Both the position numbers and the translations under genes were made by a program. Below, one piece after another: positions 55,578 through 64,000 of a stretch of 64,000 bases of DNA (position 1 is its first letter; every line of letters starts with the position of its first letter). The stretch is from an uncultured Thermococci archaeon (GTDB lineage Archaea; CAYQAE01; CAYVLA01), in NCBI GenBank assembly GCA_964549615.1, contig CAZJVP010000048.1, forward strand, positions 4,896 through 68,895, given 5' to 3'. The notes below the pieces were generated by a model. The model saw only the letters and a program-made list of their open reading frames with translations, ran no database searches and was not told where the DNA came from.

Positions 55578-56471
55578 TTGTTCGACCTGACATACCGGGA
55601 CCTCGGGTCTTTGGTGCACAGGCTGGGAGTTTCAGCCAAGGTCTTGCTTTTCGGTTGGCTCTTTGCATTGTCGCTGATCTACTCCGATCTCCTCTTCCTT
55701 TCATCCCTGATCGCGGTGTGCTTGGCGCTCGCTTTCCTAGGAAGGGTCGGCGCCTCCACCGTAAAGTTCTTGAGATTCCTCCTGGTTTTCGTCGTCCTGG
55801 TCTTCCTAATCAACCTAGTCGCCAATCAGCACGGTGAACACGCGTTAGTTAGAACCAGCTTCAGGTTCTACTGGTGGCGGCTGACGTTCAGGCTCACGCA
55901 GGAGTCCTTGTCCTCGGCCATTCGGATGGTTCTCAGGCTTCTGGCCGTGATCTTGGCCTTCCTGGTCTTCACGCTCACGACGAAACCCGAAGGCCTACTT
56001 AGGAAGGTGACGGCGATCAAAGGACTCGAGGGACTGGGGCTGTTGCTTGCCCTGTCCTACAGGTTCCTGCCCACGATCTTCCTCGACGGTGTCCGGATCA
56101 AGGATTCCTTAAGCTCGAGGGGCGTACGGTTTGAGGAGGGAAGCAGGTGGGAGAGGATCAGGTCGTACTCCAGCCTAGGAATTCCCTTGGTCGTCAACAG
56201 CTTGGACAGAAGCCTCCAGCTTGCCGAGGCCCTAGAGAGCAGGGGATATGCGGGCTCGCGACGCACCAAGGCCGCGGCCCCAGCGCGTTCCGCCTCCGAC
56301 GTCCTGCTCGCATCGTACTATCTCTGCGCAGGTGCCGTGTTCCTCGGACTCTGGGTCACCCTGGACATCGGCCGCGCGGCCATGTTCGTCCAGTCGACGA
56401 ATCTGCCCGGTGCCGCGGCCCTCTTCGCCTCCTTCGTCGGACCGGTCCTTGCTCGGAGGGGTCGGGCTTGA
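55578..56471 (+). CDS. ecfT: ECF transporter transmembrane (T) component, CbiQ/EcfT family
   Basis: Polytopic protein with two coupling-helix x-R-G motifs (SLSSRGV, ALESRGY). Immediately precedes the fused ECF ATPase. Confidence 0.85.
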   Translation: MFDLTYRDLGSLVHRLGVSAKVLLFGWLFALSLIYSDLLFLSSLIAVCLALAFLGRVGASTVKFLRFLLVFVVLVFLINLVANQHGEHALVRTSFRFYWWRLTFRLTQESLSSAIRMVLRLLAVILAFLVFTLTTKPEGLLRKVTAIKGLEGLGLLLALSYRFLPTIFLDGVRIKDSLSSRGVRFEEGSRWERIRSYSSLGIPLVVNSLDRSLQLAEALESRGYAGSRRTKAAAPARSASDVLLASYYLCAGAVFLGLWVTLDIGRAAMFVQSTNLPGAAALFASFVGPVLARRGRA

Positions 56472-57916
56472 TTGAGTTCCAGGACGTGACCTTCACCTAC
56501 CCAGCGTCGCCGTCCTACGCGCTAAGGGGCCTGAACCTTAGCATCGGCGAGGGCGAGTATGTCGTCGTTGCGGGGCGGTCGGGCTGCGGAAAGTCCACCC
56601 TGCTACGTTGCATGAACGGCCTCGTCCCACATTTCTACGGCGGCACCTTCGCGGGCAAGGTCACCGTGGACGGGCTGGACACCAGATACACCAAGGTGCG
56701 TAGGCTTGCCGAGGTCGTCGGGCTCGTTTTCCAGGACCCCGAGAGCCAGTTCGTCACAACTTCGGTGAAAAGCGAACTCGAATTCGGCCAAGAGAACCTT
56801 GGAAGGACGCCTGCGGAGATCAGCACGAAAACAAGGGAGCTTGCCGAGCGTTTCGCCCTTGACGCCATCTTGGACAAGCCTCCGGCCGAGATATCCGGCG
56901 GGGAGAAGCAGAAGGCGATAATCGCGTCCGTGGCCGCGATGGGCACCAGGGTCCTCGCACTTGATGAGCCGACCTCCCAGCTTGATCCCCGTTCCGCCTC
57001 CCAGATATTCGAACTGCTCAGGAACCTAAACGAGCAGGGGATGACGATAGTCCTCACGGAACACAGGCTCAAGCGCGTGCTGGGCGATGCATCCCGGGCA
57101 TTGGTGATGGAGCAAGGGAGGGTGGCTTTCGATGGCAAGCCATCGGAGGTGGCGCGACGCTTCCCCGAACTCGTGTCGATCGCACCTCCTCCTTCCAGGC
57201 CTCGTTCAGAAGACCGTTCGGTCGTCCTTCAGATCAGGGACCTTTGGTTCCGGTATCCATCGCAGGAGAGCTGGGCGATAAGGAACCTCTCCTTCGACGT
57301 CCACAGGTCGGAGCTCCTCGGCATCATCGGTTCCAACGGGTCCGGGAAAAGCACCCTGGCCCTAGTACTAGCCGGACTCCTCAGGCCGTACCAAGGTCGG
57401 GTTCTCCTCGACGGGGAGGAGCTTGCCTCGATTCCCAGATCGACCATCTCGAGGAAGGTGGGAATAGTGTTCCAGGATCCCAACATCCATCTTTTCCACG
57501 ATGACGTCAGATCCGAGGTCGAGTTCGCGATCAGGAATATGGGGTTAGACGCGGGGAAGGAGACCGAGCGCATCCTTGACCGCTTCGGACTTAAGCACCT
57601 TGAGTCCAGAAACCCTCGCGACCTCAGCGGCGGGCAGAAGCAGACAGTCGCCATAGCCAGCGTGATGGGCTATCGGCCTCAGGTACTTCTGCTTGATGAG
57701 CCCACGAGAGGGCTTGACCTCGTCGAGAAGGCCGAGATCATGCAGACGATCCTCGAGCTCGCTCAAGGCGGTCCAACCGCGATCGTCGTCCTCACGCACG
57801 ACCTTGAGATCGTCGAAGCCTTCGCCGATCGCGTCGTTGCCATCCGTGGCGGCGAGATGTTGCTTGAAGGGGACCCAAAGCGGGTGATCCCCGGGTTCCT
57901 GGAGGCGATGCGGTGA
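56468..57916 (+). CDS. Fused ECF transporter ATPase (EcfA-EcfA', two ABC cassettes)
   Basis: Walker A GRSGCGKST and GSNGSGKST, signatures SGGEKQK and SGGQKQT, Walker B LALDEPT and LLLDEPT. The TTG at 56468 overlaps the ecfT stop. The ORF-track start at 56147 is a spurious upstream extension. Confidence 0.9.
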   Translation: MIEFQDVTFTYPASPSYALRGLNLSIGEGEYVVVAGRSGCGKSTLLRCMNGLVPHFYGGTFAGKVTVDGLDTRYTKVRRLAEVVGLVFQDPESQFVTTSVKSELEFGQENLGRTPAEISTKTRELAERFALDAILDKPPAEISGGEKQKAIIASVAAMGTRVLALDEPTSQLDPRSASQIFELLRNLNEQGMTIVLTEHRLKRVLGDASRALVMEQGRVAFDGKPSEVARRFPELVSIAPPPSRPRSEDRSVVLQIRDLWFRYPSQESWAIRNLSFDVHRSELLGIIGSNGSGKSTLALVLAGLLRPYQGRVLLDGEELASIPRSTISRKVGIVFQDPNIHLFHDDVRSEVEFAIRNMGLDAGKETERILDRFGLKHLESRNPRDLSGGQKQTVAIASVMGYRPQVLLLDEPTRGLDLVEKAEIMQTILELAQGGPTAIVVLTHDLEIVEAFADRVVAIRGGEMLLEGDPKRVIPGFLEAMR

Positions 57917-58677
57917 GCCGGCTCCTGACGGCGATCCTGGCAGTCGCGGCCATCGGCGTCACAGTCGCATTCGTGTTGGCCATCACCCACCTCGGACCCT
58001 CAGGCCTGGCAAGTTTCAGGGATCGAGTCGGGCCCTCGACCTTCGATTCAGCAGCCTCAATCGTGGCCGCCCTGCTCTTGACCGGTGCGCTATTCTCGGT
58101 CGAGGCTCGACGCCTGGGTGCATCCAAGGAGATAGCCTTCGTGGCGATGATCGTGGCGCTCGGAGCCGCCGGGAGGCTGTTGTTCGCGCCCGCCCCGAAC
58201 GTCTCGCCAGTCGACTGGCTGACCCTTTGCACTGGAATCGTCTTCGGCCCAGTGACAGGCTTCACCGTCGGAGCCGCGACGATGCTGGTCTCCAACTTCT
58301 GGCTCGGCCAGGGACCTTGGACCATCTACCAGATGGTTGGCATGGGATCGCTCGGACTCGTCGGCGGGGCTCTTGGCAGCTGGAAACGGTTGCTGGGGAG
58401 AAATCCCCTGGCCGCGCTCGGCGTCGCCTGGGGCTTCGCGTACGGGGCGATCATGGCTGTCTTCTGGGTCTTCATGGTGAGCTCGGTCTTGAGCTGGACC
58501 AGCTTCTTGGCCTACTTCATCTCGGGTCTTCCGTTTTGCCTGCTGCAGGGGACCGGTAATGCGATCTTTCTCTACGCACTGGGACCCAAAACCATAATGC
58601 TGTTGGAGCGATTCAGGCAAAGGCAGTCCGTTCGTTTCGTTGAACCATCGCCCGGGGGCGTGAACGTTGACCTATGA
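57913..58677 (+). CDS. Polytopic membrane protein, candidate ECF substrate-specific (S) component
   Basis: About six hydrophobic helices, 254 aa, with a GTGA overlap to the ATPase gene. Family not recognisable by motif. Confidence 0.55.
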   Translation: MSRLLTAILAVAAIGVTVAFVLAITHLGPSGLASFRDRVGPSTFDSAASIVAALLLTGALFSVEARRLGASKEIAFVAMIVALGAAGRLLFAPAPNVSPVDWLTLCTGIVFGPVTGFTVGAATMLVSNFWLGQGPWTIYQMVGMGSLGLVGGALGSWKRLLGRNPLAALGVAWGFAYGAIMAVFWVFMVSSVLSWTSFLAYFISGLPFCLLQGTGNAIFLYALGPKTIMLLERFRQRQSVRFVEPSPGGVNVDL

Positions 58678-59278
58678 GGAGTTATCGAGGATCCTAGAGT
58701 CAAGGCCGCCGGGCCCCAAGCCCTTCTTCACGGCCGCCCACCTGATCAGGTATCTTGAGCTTGTCCAAATGCGCCATTTCGGTCGCAAGGAGCTGGCCCA
58801 GCGCCTCAAGCTCGGCGAGGGCAGCGTCAGAACCATCACCGATCTCCTCAGGGCCAGAGGGCTTGTGAACGTCGTCAGGGCCGGCGTCAAGTTGAGCGAG
58901 GCCGGCGCAGCTGCCCTTGACTCGATCAGGAAGGAATTCTCAGAAGGACAGCCCGTGCCGGCGAGCAAGGCCGTCGTCGGCGAATACAACGTGGCGATAG
59001 CGGTCAGAGGCGGAGGGAGAAAGGTCACATCCGGCCTCGAGCAGAGGGATGCAGCAATGATCGCCGGTTCGAAGGGCGCGTCCACCTTCGTGTACTCCTC
59101 TGGCAGGCTCGTCTTTCCTGGAATGTACGATGACCTGGCAAGGCTGGACCCGGAGCTCTCGAAAACGATCATCGAGAAGCTGCCGCTCAAGGAAGGTGAC
59201 GCGGTGGTCGTCGGCTCTGCCTCCGATCCTGACGCGGCTTTCATCGGGGCAGTGGCTGCAGCGGCGACCCTGTTGTGA
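58667..59278 (+). CDS. Winged-helix protein with C-terminal domain (DUF4443-like), putative regulator
   Basis: wHTH-like RKELAQRLKLGEGSVRTITDLLRARGLVNV. The TTG start overlaps the upstream gene by 11 nt. Confidence 0.5.
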   Translation: MTYEELSRILESRPPGPKPFFTAAHLIRYLELVQMRHFGRKELAQRLKLGEGSVRTITDLLRARGLVNVVRAGVKLSEAGAAALDSIRKEFSEGQPVPASKAVVGEYNVAIAVRGGGRKVTSGLEQRDAAMIAGSKGASTFVYSSGRLVFPGMYDDLARLDPELSKTIIEKLPLKEGDAVVVGSASDPDAAFIGAVAAAATLL

Positions 59279-59301
59279 AGTCCTCAGGGATCCCCGAGCC
59301 T

Positions 59302-60255
59302 TCATGGCAGAGTTGGTCCCGGGCCCCAACGAAAAGCCCGCTCTATGGCTTCGGCGCAGTTCGGAAGGGTAGTCTTGAGCATGCTTCTTGCCTTTTCCGT
59401 GTTGAGCGACGCGTCAAGGGGACGCGGTGCCCGCCCGGGAGGCAGTTTCTCCAAAGGTACCACCAGGGATCGGTCCGCCCCCGCCCTCTCCGCTACCTTG
59501 AGTCCCATCTCAAAGCGTGACAGGCTTTCCAATCCTGCGATGTGGAATATGCCGGAATGGTGGGAGCTCGCGAGTTCAAGCAGGCAGCTTGCGAGCGTCC
59601 ATGTGTCGATGGGATTGCGGATCTCGTTCTTGGGAAGCGCAAGGACCATCCCGCTTTTGAGCTTGGCCACCGCATCCGCTAGGAATGAGCGCCCCGCGGT
59701 CCAGGGGAACCCGAGGACAAGGGTCGTCCGGACAACGGCATTCCGCTCCCCTGACAGGGCCTCCGCCTCCGAAGCGATCTTCGTCCGGGCATAGACGTTG
59801 ATCGGCCGCGTCGGGTCAGATTCTCTGTAGTTCCCCCTCTCGCCATCGAAAACCGTCGAGGTTGACAGGTGCACCAAACGGGCTGAGAGCTTTTCGGCAG
59901 CCGCAACCAGGTTGCGCGTCCCCTCCACGTTCGTCCTCCACGCCACATGTGGATCTCTCTCGCACACATCGATGTCCGCGACCGCTGCCGTGTGGATGAT
60001 GACCTCCGGTTTCACGCCACGGACGAGCGCTCCAACCGAACTGGCATCCGTTATGTCCAGTTGCCGCCAGTCAACGCCCGCCAACGAAGGCTTGTTCGCA
60101 TGGAAGGTACCGGTCACCCGCCAATCGCTCGCGGCAAGGGCACACACACTCCCGCCGATGAGCCCGCTGCCCCCAGTGACGAGAAGTCTCTTCAGGCCGA
60201 AAACCCCCTTCCCCGAGCCAGCTCTTAGGCCCCTCCGCTCCTGAAAGCTGCCCAA
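59302..60255 (-). CDS. RmlD-like SDR (dTDP-4-dehydrorhamnose reductase family) / NAD-dependent epimerase-reductase
   Basis: Rossmann LLVTGGSGLIGGSV and catalytic YARTK (YxxxK). Start uncertain (ATG at 60255 overlaps the upstream gene by 31 nt). Confidence 0.8.
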   Translation of the reverse strand: MGSFQERRGLRAGSGKGVFGLKRLLVTGGSGLIGGSVCALAASDWRVTGTFHANKPSLAGVDWRQLDITDASSVGALVRGVKPEVIIHTAAVADIDVCERDPHVAWRTNVEGTRNLVAAAEKLSARLVHLSTSTVFDGERGNYRESDPTRPINVYARTKIASEAEALSGERNAVVRTTLVLGFPWTAGRSFLADAVAKLKSGMVLALPKNEIRNPIDTWTLASCLLELASSHHSGIFHIAGLESLSRFEMGLKVAERAGADRSLVVPLEKLPPGRAPRPLDASLNTEKARSMLKTTLPNCAEAIERAFRWGPGPTLP

Positions 60256-61790
60256 GTCAAGAGGATGGCGACCCCGGCGATCGCACCCGCCGTCGCAAGG
60301 AGGATCCCCATCGCCCTGCCCTTCTTCTCCTTGTACAGCTCCTCCAGAGCCATCCCTTCATCTATCAGGCTAATGCACCTTGAGAAGTTCTCGTTTGCCC
60401 TAGACACATCGAAGTCCTCAAGCGCATCCACGCCGGCCTGGTAGGCCGCCAGAGCCTGCCTGTATTTCTCCTCCGCCTCGGGCGAGAGAAAAGGTTGGCG
60501 TTGGACCTCCGCTATGGAGGAGCGAGCCTTCGAGGCGGCGGACGTGGCATCCTCGCGCCTCTGGCCGGGCCAGATCCTGTGGAAGACGACGCCCCTGCCG
60601 TCCCTGAGTTCACACCAGATGATATGCAGATCCCTCGTCGTTGGGGATATCTCCAGGGTGGGCGGCCGGCTGTTCTCGCTCGAGACATGGTCGTCGGTCA
60701 GTCGCTGCGGATTGCTCCAGATGCCAAGCGGCCACAGCCTCCTGTAGTACAGTTCCACCAAGTCCGACGCCGGGTGGTCTCTTTGATCCTCCCAGACGAG
60801 GTGGCCGTTCAGCCCGTCGTCCACGGCGATCGCGGGATTCACGGCAGATGCGGAGGGATCGCTCATTTGGACCGGTTCCTCCCATCCCCCTCTCCACGTT
60901 CGGTAGTAGACCACGAAGACATCCCCCTCCCGCTGCGACCACACCAGGTGCAGGTAACCGTTCTTGTCGGCAGCGATAGACGGGTGTGATAGCTGCGTTT
61001 GTGAGCCGTCTAGGATCCTCTGAAATGGATCCCAGTCCCTGCCTGCCCTGCGCACAGCATAGTACATGTCGGGAGGCGTGAAGGCATCATACGTCATCTT
61101 CCAAACGACGTGCAGCCCGTTGCGTTGATCCACCGTTGCAGCGGGCTCCGTGGAGTAGGCATTCTTAGGGGTGAAGGCGCTCGCCTCCGACCACTTGCCG
61201 TTGGAATCGATCAAGCGATGGGAAAGGAAGGTGTTGCCTTCACCGGGCAAGCTCTGCACCCATACGATGTGGACGTTCGGTGCCTGATCGCACAGGACGA
61301 TCGGGTTTGATGCATCTCCCGAGACAAGGCAAGGTTCCTGCCACTCCTGGCTTGTCGCGTTCCACATCCGGTAGAAGATACGTCCGCCATCTTCCCAGAC
61401 GCAGTGCAGGTTGCCCCTGTAGTCTCCGGCTATGGCGGCGTTCGCGGCCTGCGCACCCTCGGTGAGCGGTTGGCCGGACGACCACTTGCGCGAGGCGTTG
61501 TTGTACTTGTAATAGTACACCTCCTGTCCAGTGGGCCGTCTCTCCACCCACACAACGTGAAGATCCTGGTTCCTTTGCGCGAAGACTGCCTTGGCTGTCG
61601 CGGAGGTCGTTGCACAATCCCATGAGGAGCTTATGACCTCGTTGCTGCTGGCCGCCGCTACGGAGACCAGAGATGATGCAAGCGTGGCGATCAAAAACAA
61701 AAACACACGTAGCCGCAACCAGAACAACCTTCCGACAACGTCCCGGCCATTTTGCTCCATTTTAACGTTTCCTCCGGGACCCGCCACCAA
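60225..61790 (-). CDS. Secreted 7-repeat beta-propeller protein (sialidase/BNR-like) with C-terminal helical region and TM anchor
   Basis: Seven ~50-aa repeats seeded by LHVVWVE, LHCVWED, VHIVWVQ, LHVVWKM, LHLVWSQ, GHLVWED and LHIIWCE, each followed by an aromatic YY/FY..W block. N-terminal hydrophobic LRVFLFLIATLASSLVSVAAA and C-terminal TM GILLATAGAIAGVAILLTWAAF. Confidence 0.65.
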   Translation of the reverse strand: MVAGPGGNVKMEQNGRDVVGRLFWLRLRVFLFLIATLASSLVSVAAASSNEVISSSWDCATTSATAKAVFAQRNQDLHVVWVERRPTGQEVYYYKYNNASRKWSSGQPLTEGAQAANAAIAGDYRGNLHCVWEDGGRIFYRMWNATSQEWQEPCLVSGDASNPIVLCDQAPNVHIVWVQSLPGEGNTFLSHRLIDSNGKWSEASAFTPKNAYSTEPAATVDQRNGLHVVWKMTYDAFTPPDMYYAVRRAGRDWDPFQRILDGSQTQLSHPSIAADKNGYLHLVWSQREGDVFVVYYRTWRGGWEEPVQMSDPSASAVNPAIAVDDGLNGHLVWEDQRDHPASDLVELYYRRLWPLGIWSNPQRLTDDHVSSENSRPPTLEISPTTRDLHIIWCELRDGRGVVFHRIWPGQRREDATSAASKARSSIAEVQRQPFLSPEAEEKYRQALAAYQAGVDALEDFDVSRANENFSRCISLIDEGMALEELYKEKKGRAMGILLATAGAIAGVAILLTWAAFRSGGA

Positions 61791-61904
61791 CGATCTACAG
61801 GGTCGGAGCGGTCGGCCGATCGCTGGCCCGTTTAGCTTGGCGCAACCAGGCCCCTTCAGAACCCACTCCCAGAAACGTCGCCGGCAAGCCTCGAGGCGGC
61901 CCCG

Positions 61905-63773
61905 TCAGGTCCGAGGGAGCAGGCAGTCCGCCCGGGGCAACCAGACGAGCATCGACGATGGCCCCCTGTTGGCCCAGGCATAGTAGGGTATTGCCAGGAT
62001 GCTTGCAGGCTTGAGATGGATATTCCTGCTACCCCGGGTCGAGTACAGAGGTACTTTCTGGTCGGCAACGAGCGCATTGAAACGAATGGTGCCGATCCCT
62101 CCCAATAACCTAGGCCTGTACTGGAACCTGAACGCCGGCCGTGGCGGGAGGAATAGGTCCTGGACGACGATGCCCGGGTTGTCCACGCTTTCCACGCAGA
62201 AGACGAGCGGCCCGCGGCAGATTGCACAGCAACAGAAATCCTCCCGAACCCGGGGGTGGGCCTCAACCAGCCTGACCGGGATATCGAAGGATGTGCTTAT
62301 CCGATCGCCGGGCGCCCACCTCCGCTCGATGGTGCAATAGGTGCCGGGCTTGGGATTTGGAATTCGGCGACCGTTGAGAGAGGCTCGACAGGCATCCGTC
62401 CATCCTGGTACCCTGAACACGATGCCTAGCCTTCCGGACGGGGCTTTGCGGACATGCAACTTAACCTCCCCGTACCAAGGATAGCGGGTCTCCTGCTCCA
62501 GGACGATGGTGCCGGATCCAAGCCGATGCTTGAGGCGCGACGGCTGATAGAGGTGAATCCAGACCTCGTCATCCGCGACGCCGTAGATGTAGCCAGGCAG
62601 CGAGGCGATCGTCCTCTGAACGTTCGGGGGACAGCACGTGGTTGTGTACCACTCCTTGCGCTCATGGCTCCTCTCGCCCTTCCAAGGCTCCCCCGGCCCG
62701 GAGCTCTCAAGCGGGTTGATGTAGAAGTAGGTCTCGCCGGAAAGCGATACGCCCGAGAGGAACCCATTGTAGAGCACCCTCTCAAGCATGTCGGCATACC
62801 GACACTCACCGGTGATGGCAAGCATCCTCCAGTTCCACATGGCGTTCGCGACGGCAGCGCACGTCTCTGAATATGCCCTGAGGTTTGGCAGCTCGTACGG
62901 CTCCCCCAGGCTTTCACCCTCATAGCGCGATCCTAGCCCGCCCGTGATGTAGACCTTGTGCTCAGCCATGTCGGACCATAGCTTCTCCAACGCCGACCAC
63001 GTTGGCGCGTCGCCGGTCTCGGAGAAGTAGTCAGCTGCCCCGCAGCAGGCGTATCCCGCCCGAACGGCATGGCCCTGGAACGCAGTCCTTGACGAAAAGC
63101 CGAGCTGGTCAAGAAGATAGCGCGCAAACTCGAGGTATTCCGTTCTCCGCGTGCACCTATAGAGCTCGACCATCGCCATCTCGAGCTCCGGGTGTCCCGA
63201 GAAGCCGTGTCGCTTTCCGGGCCCGAAGGTGGACGTCAAATGGTCGGCCAGCCTCAGGGCGCAGTCCAGGAGCCTGCGCTTCCCCGTGGCGCGGTAGTGG
63301 GCGATGGCCGCCTGGATCAGGTGGCCCGCGCAGTAGAACTCGTGGTTGTGAGCGAAATCGGTGTACCGCTCGCTCGCGCGCTCATCGACGAAGTAAGTGT
63401 TGAGGTAGCCGTCGGGTCCCTGTGCGGCCACGACGTCACAGATCAGGCGATCGAGCGTCGAATCAAGATCGGCGTCATTTGACGACTGCAGAACGTACGA
63501 TGCTGCCTCCATCCACTTGTACAAGTCGGAATCGGTGAACAGCGGGCCGCGTCTTGGAACGTCCTTCCTCCCGGACACCCTCCTGAAGTTGTCAACTATT
63601 CCGTGTTCCTCCAACAGTTGGAGCAGCCGAGGGATTCCTCGCAGCCTGTTGGCCTCCATCCGCGGCTTCCAGAACCCCCCCAGCATTGTCACATCTGCAA
63701 TTGGGACAGCCCTCACTCTGCAGTGCGGCGTCTGCCGGTTATCGATCACCGCCGCTGCGAACTCTTCAGCCAC
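61905..63773 (-). CDS. Glycoside hydrolase family 127 (DUF1680; beta-L-arabinofuranosidase type)
   Basis: HNHEFYCAGHLIQAAIAHYRATG block, the conserved Cys-rich region TTCCPPN and ~620 aa. Confidence 0.85.
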   Translation of the reverse strand: MAEEFAAAVIDNRQTPHCRVRAVPIADVTMLGGFWKPRMEANRLRGIPRLLQLLEEHGIVDNFRRVSGRKDVPRRGPLFTDSDLYKWMEAASYVLQSSNDADLDSTLDRLICDVVAAQGPDGYLNTYFVDERASERYTDFAHNHEFYCAGHLIQAAIAHYRATGKRRLLDCALRLADHLTSTFGPGKRHGFSGHPELEMAMVELYRCTRRTEYLEFARYLLDQLGFSSRTAFQGHAVRAGYACCGAADYFSETGDAPTWSALEKLWSDMAEHKVYITGGLGSRYEGESLGEPYELPNLRAYSETCAAVANAMWNWRMLAITGECRYADMLERVLYNGFLSGVSLSGETYFYINPLESSGPGEPWKGERSHERKEWYTTTCCPPNVQRTIASLPGYIYGVADDEVWIHLYQPSRLKHRLGSGTIVLEQETRYPWYGEVKLHVRKAPSGRLGIVFRVPGWTDACRASLNGRRIPNPKPGTYCTIERRWAPGDRISTSFDIPVRLVEAHPRVREDFCCCAICRGPLVFCVESVDNPGIVVQDLFLPPRPAFRFQYRPRLLGGIGTIRFNALVADQKVPLYSTRGSRNIHLKPASILAIPYYAWANRGPSSMLVWLPRADCLLPRT

Positions 63774-63915
63774 CGATCTTCACCATCGCCGGCGGACAAG
63801 GGCTCGGCCTTTAATCTGTTGTCTCGAGCTCTCAGCTCTCGGTGTGCCCGTCGAAAAGCGAAGTGCGTTGGAAAGATCGAGATAGATTATTCAAAAGCCC
63901 TACGTCAGGGGTGAC

Positions 63916-64000
63916 GTGCCGGGCAGGATTGCGATACTCGACTACGGCGGACAGTACGTCCAGAACATCCGCCGGGCCTTCCTGGAGATGTCGATCCCGG
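63916..64000 (+). CDS. guaA: GMP synthase glutamine amidotransferase subunit, N-terminal fragment (runs off the right edge)
   Basis: GTG-initiated VPGRIAILDYGGQYVQNIRRAFLEMSIP matches the conserved I-x-I-L-D-x-G-x-Q-Y start of GuaA GATase. Confidence 0.6.
   Translation, partial: MPGRIAILDYGGQYVQNIRRAFLEMSIP

Noticed and set aside
56147-56467. Upstream part of the ORF-track call 56147-57916.
   Set aside because: It overlaps the 3' third of ecfT in another frame and is Arg/Pro/Gly-rich. The ABC cassette homology begins at LIEFQDVTF, encoded from the TTG at 56468.
1-64000. Search for CRISPR arrays, IS elements, integrases, prophage genes, rRNA and long direct or inverted repeats.
   Set aside because: No regularly spaced repeats, transposase or integrase motifs, or rRNA-like sequence were seen. 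The only multi-copy elements are the diverged protein-coding paralogs described in the findings.

Overview
GC-rich archaeal chromosomal segment, identified as archaeal by a group II chaperonin (thermosome), the bifunctional FBP aldolase/phosphatase, an L18e-L13-S9-RpoN cluster, an archaeal-type TyrRS, a three-gene RPA operon and an intron-containing tRNA. The lineage cannot be fixed from sequence reading alone. I support about 60 protein genes and 1 tRNA. I saw no rRNA, CRISPR array, transposase or integrase. Housekeeping islands are fbp-tpiA-pfkB, nfnAB-trx, RPA, the thermosome, the ribosomal proteins and tyrS. They are interleaved with accessory cell-surface and glycan-scavenging genes: GH4, GH38, GH127, a 7-bladed sialidase-like propeller, two FG-GAP propeller proteins and two Reg_prop-like propeller proteins. 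Transport genes include a MacB-type ABC, an ABC-2 exporter and an ECF importer. There is also a HepT/MntA toxin-antitoxin pair and an orphan B12-type radical SAM enzyme. The strongest novelty candidate is an uncharacterised family with three paralogs (35074-36288, 43206-44429, 48093-49394). These are secreted, tail-anchored ~400-aa proteins. Their most conserved part is a C-terminal block of signature motif, TM helix and basic cluster, which resembles a sorting signal. Two paralogs are translationally coupled to a second uncharacterised membrane protein family, and the third sits directly downstream of a PrsW-type intramembrane protease. The second candidate is a six-gene operon (53629-59278) combining a secreted alpha/alpha-toroid protein, a DUF4430-like protein and a complete ECF transporter. 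I read it as a split transcobalamin-like corrinoid capture and uptake system. All family assignments come from reading motifs in the supplied translations. No database search, HMM, RNA folding or composition calculation was run. Start codons are often uncertain because the high GC content produces long spurious upstream extensions and antisense ORFs.
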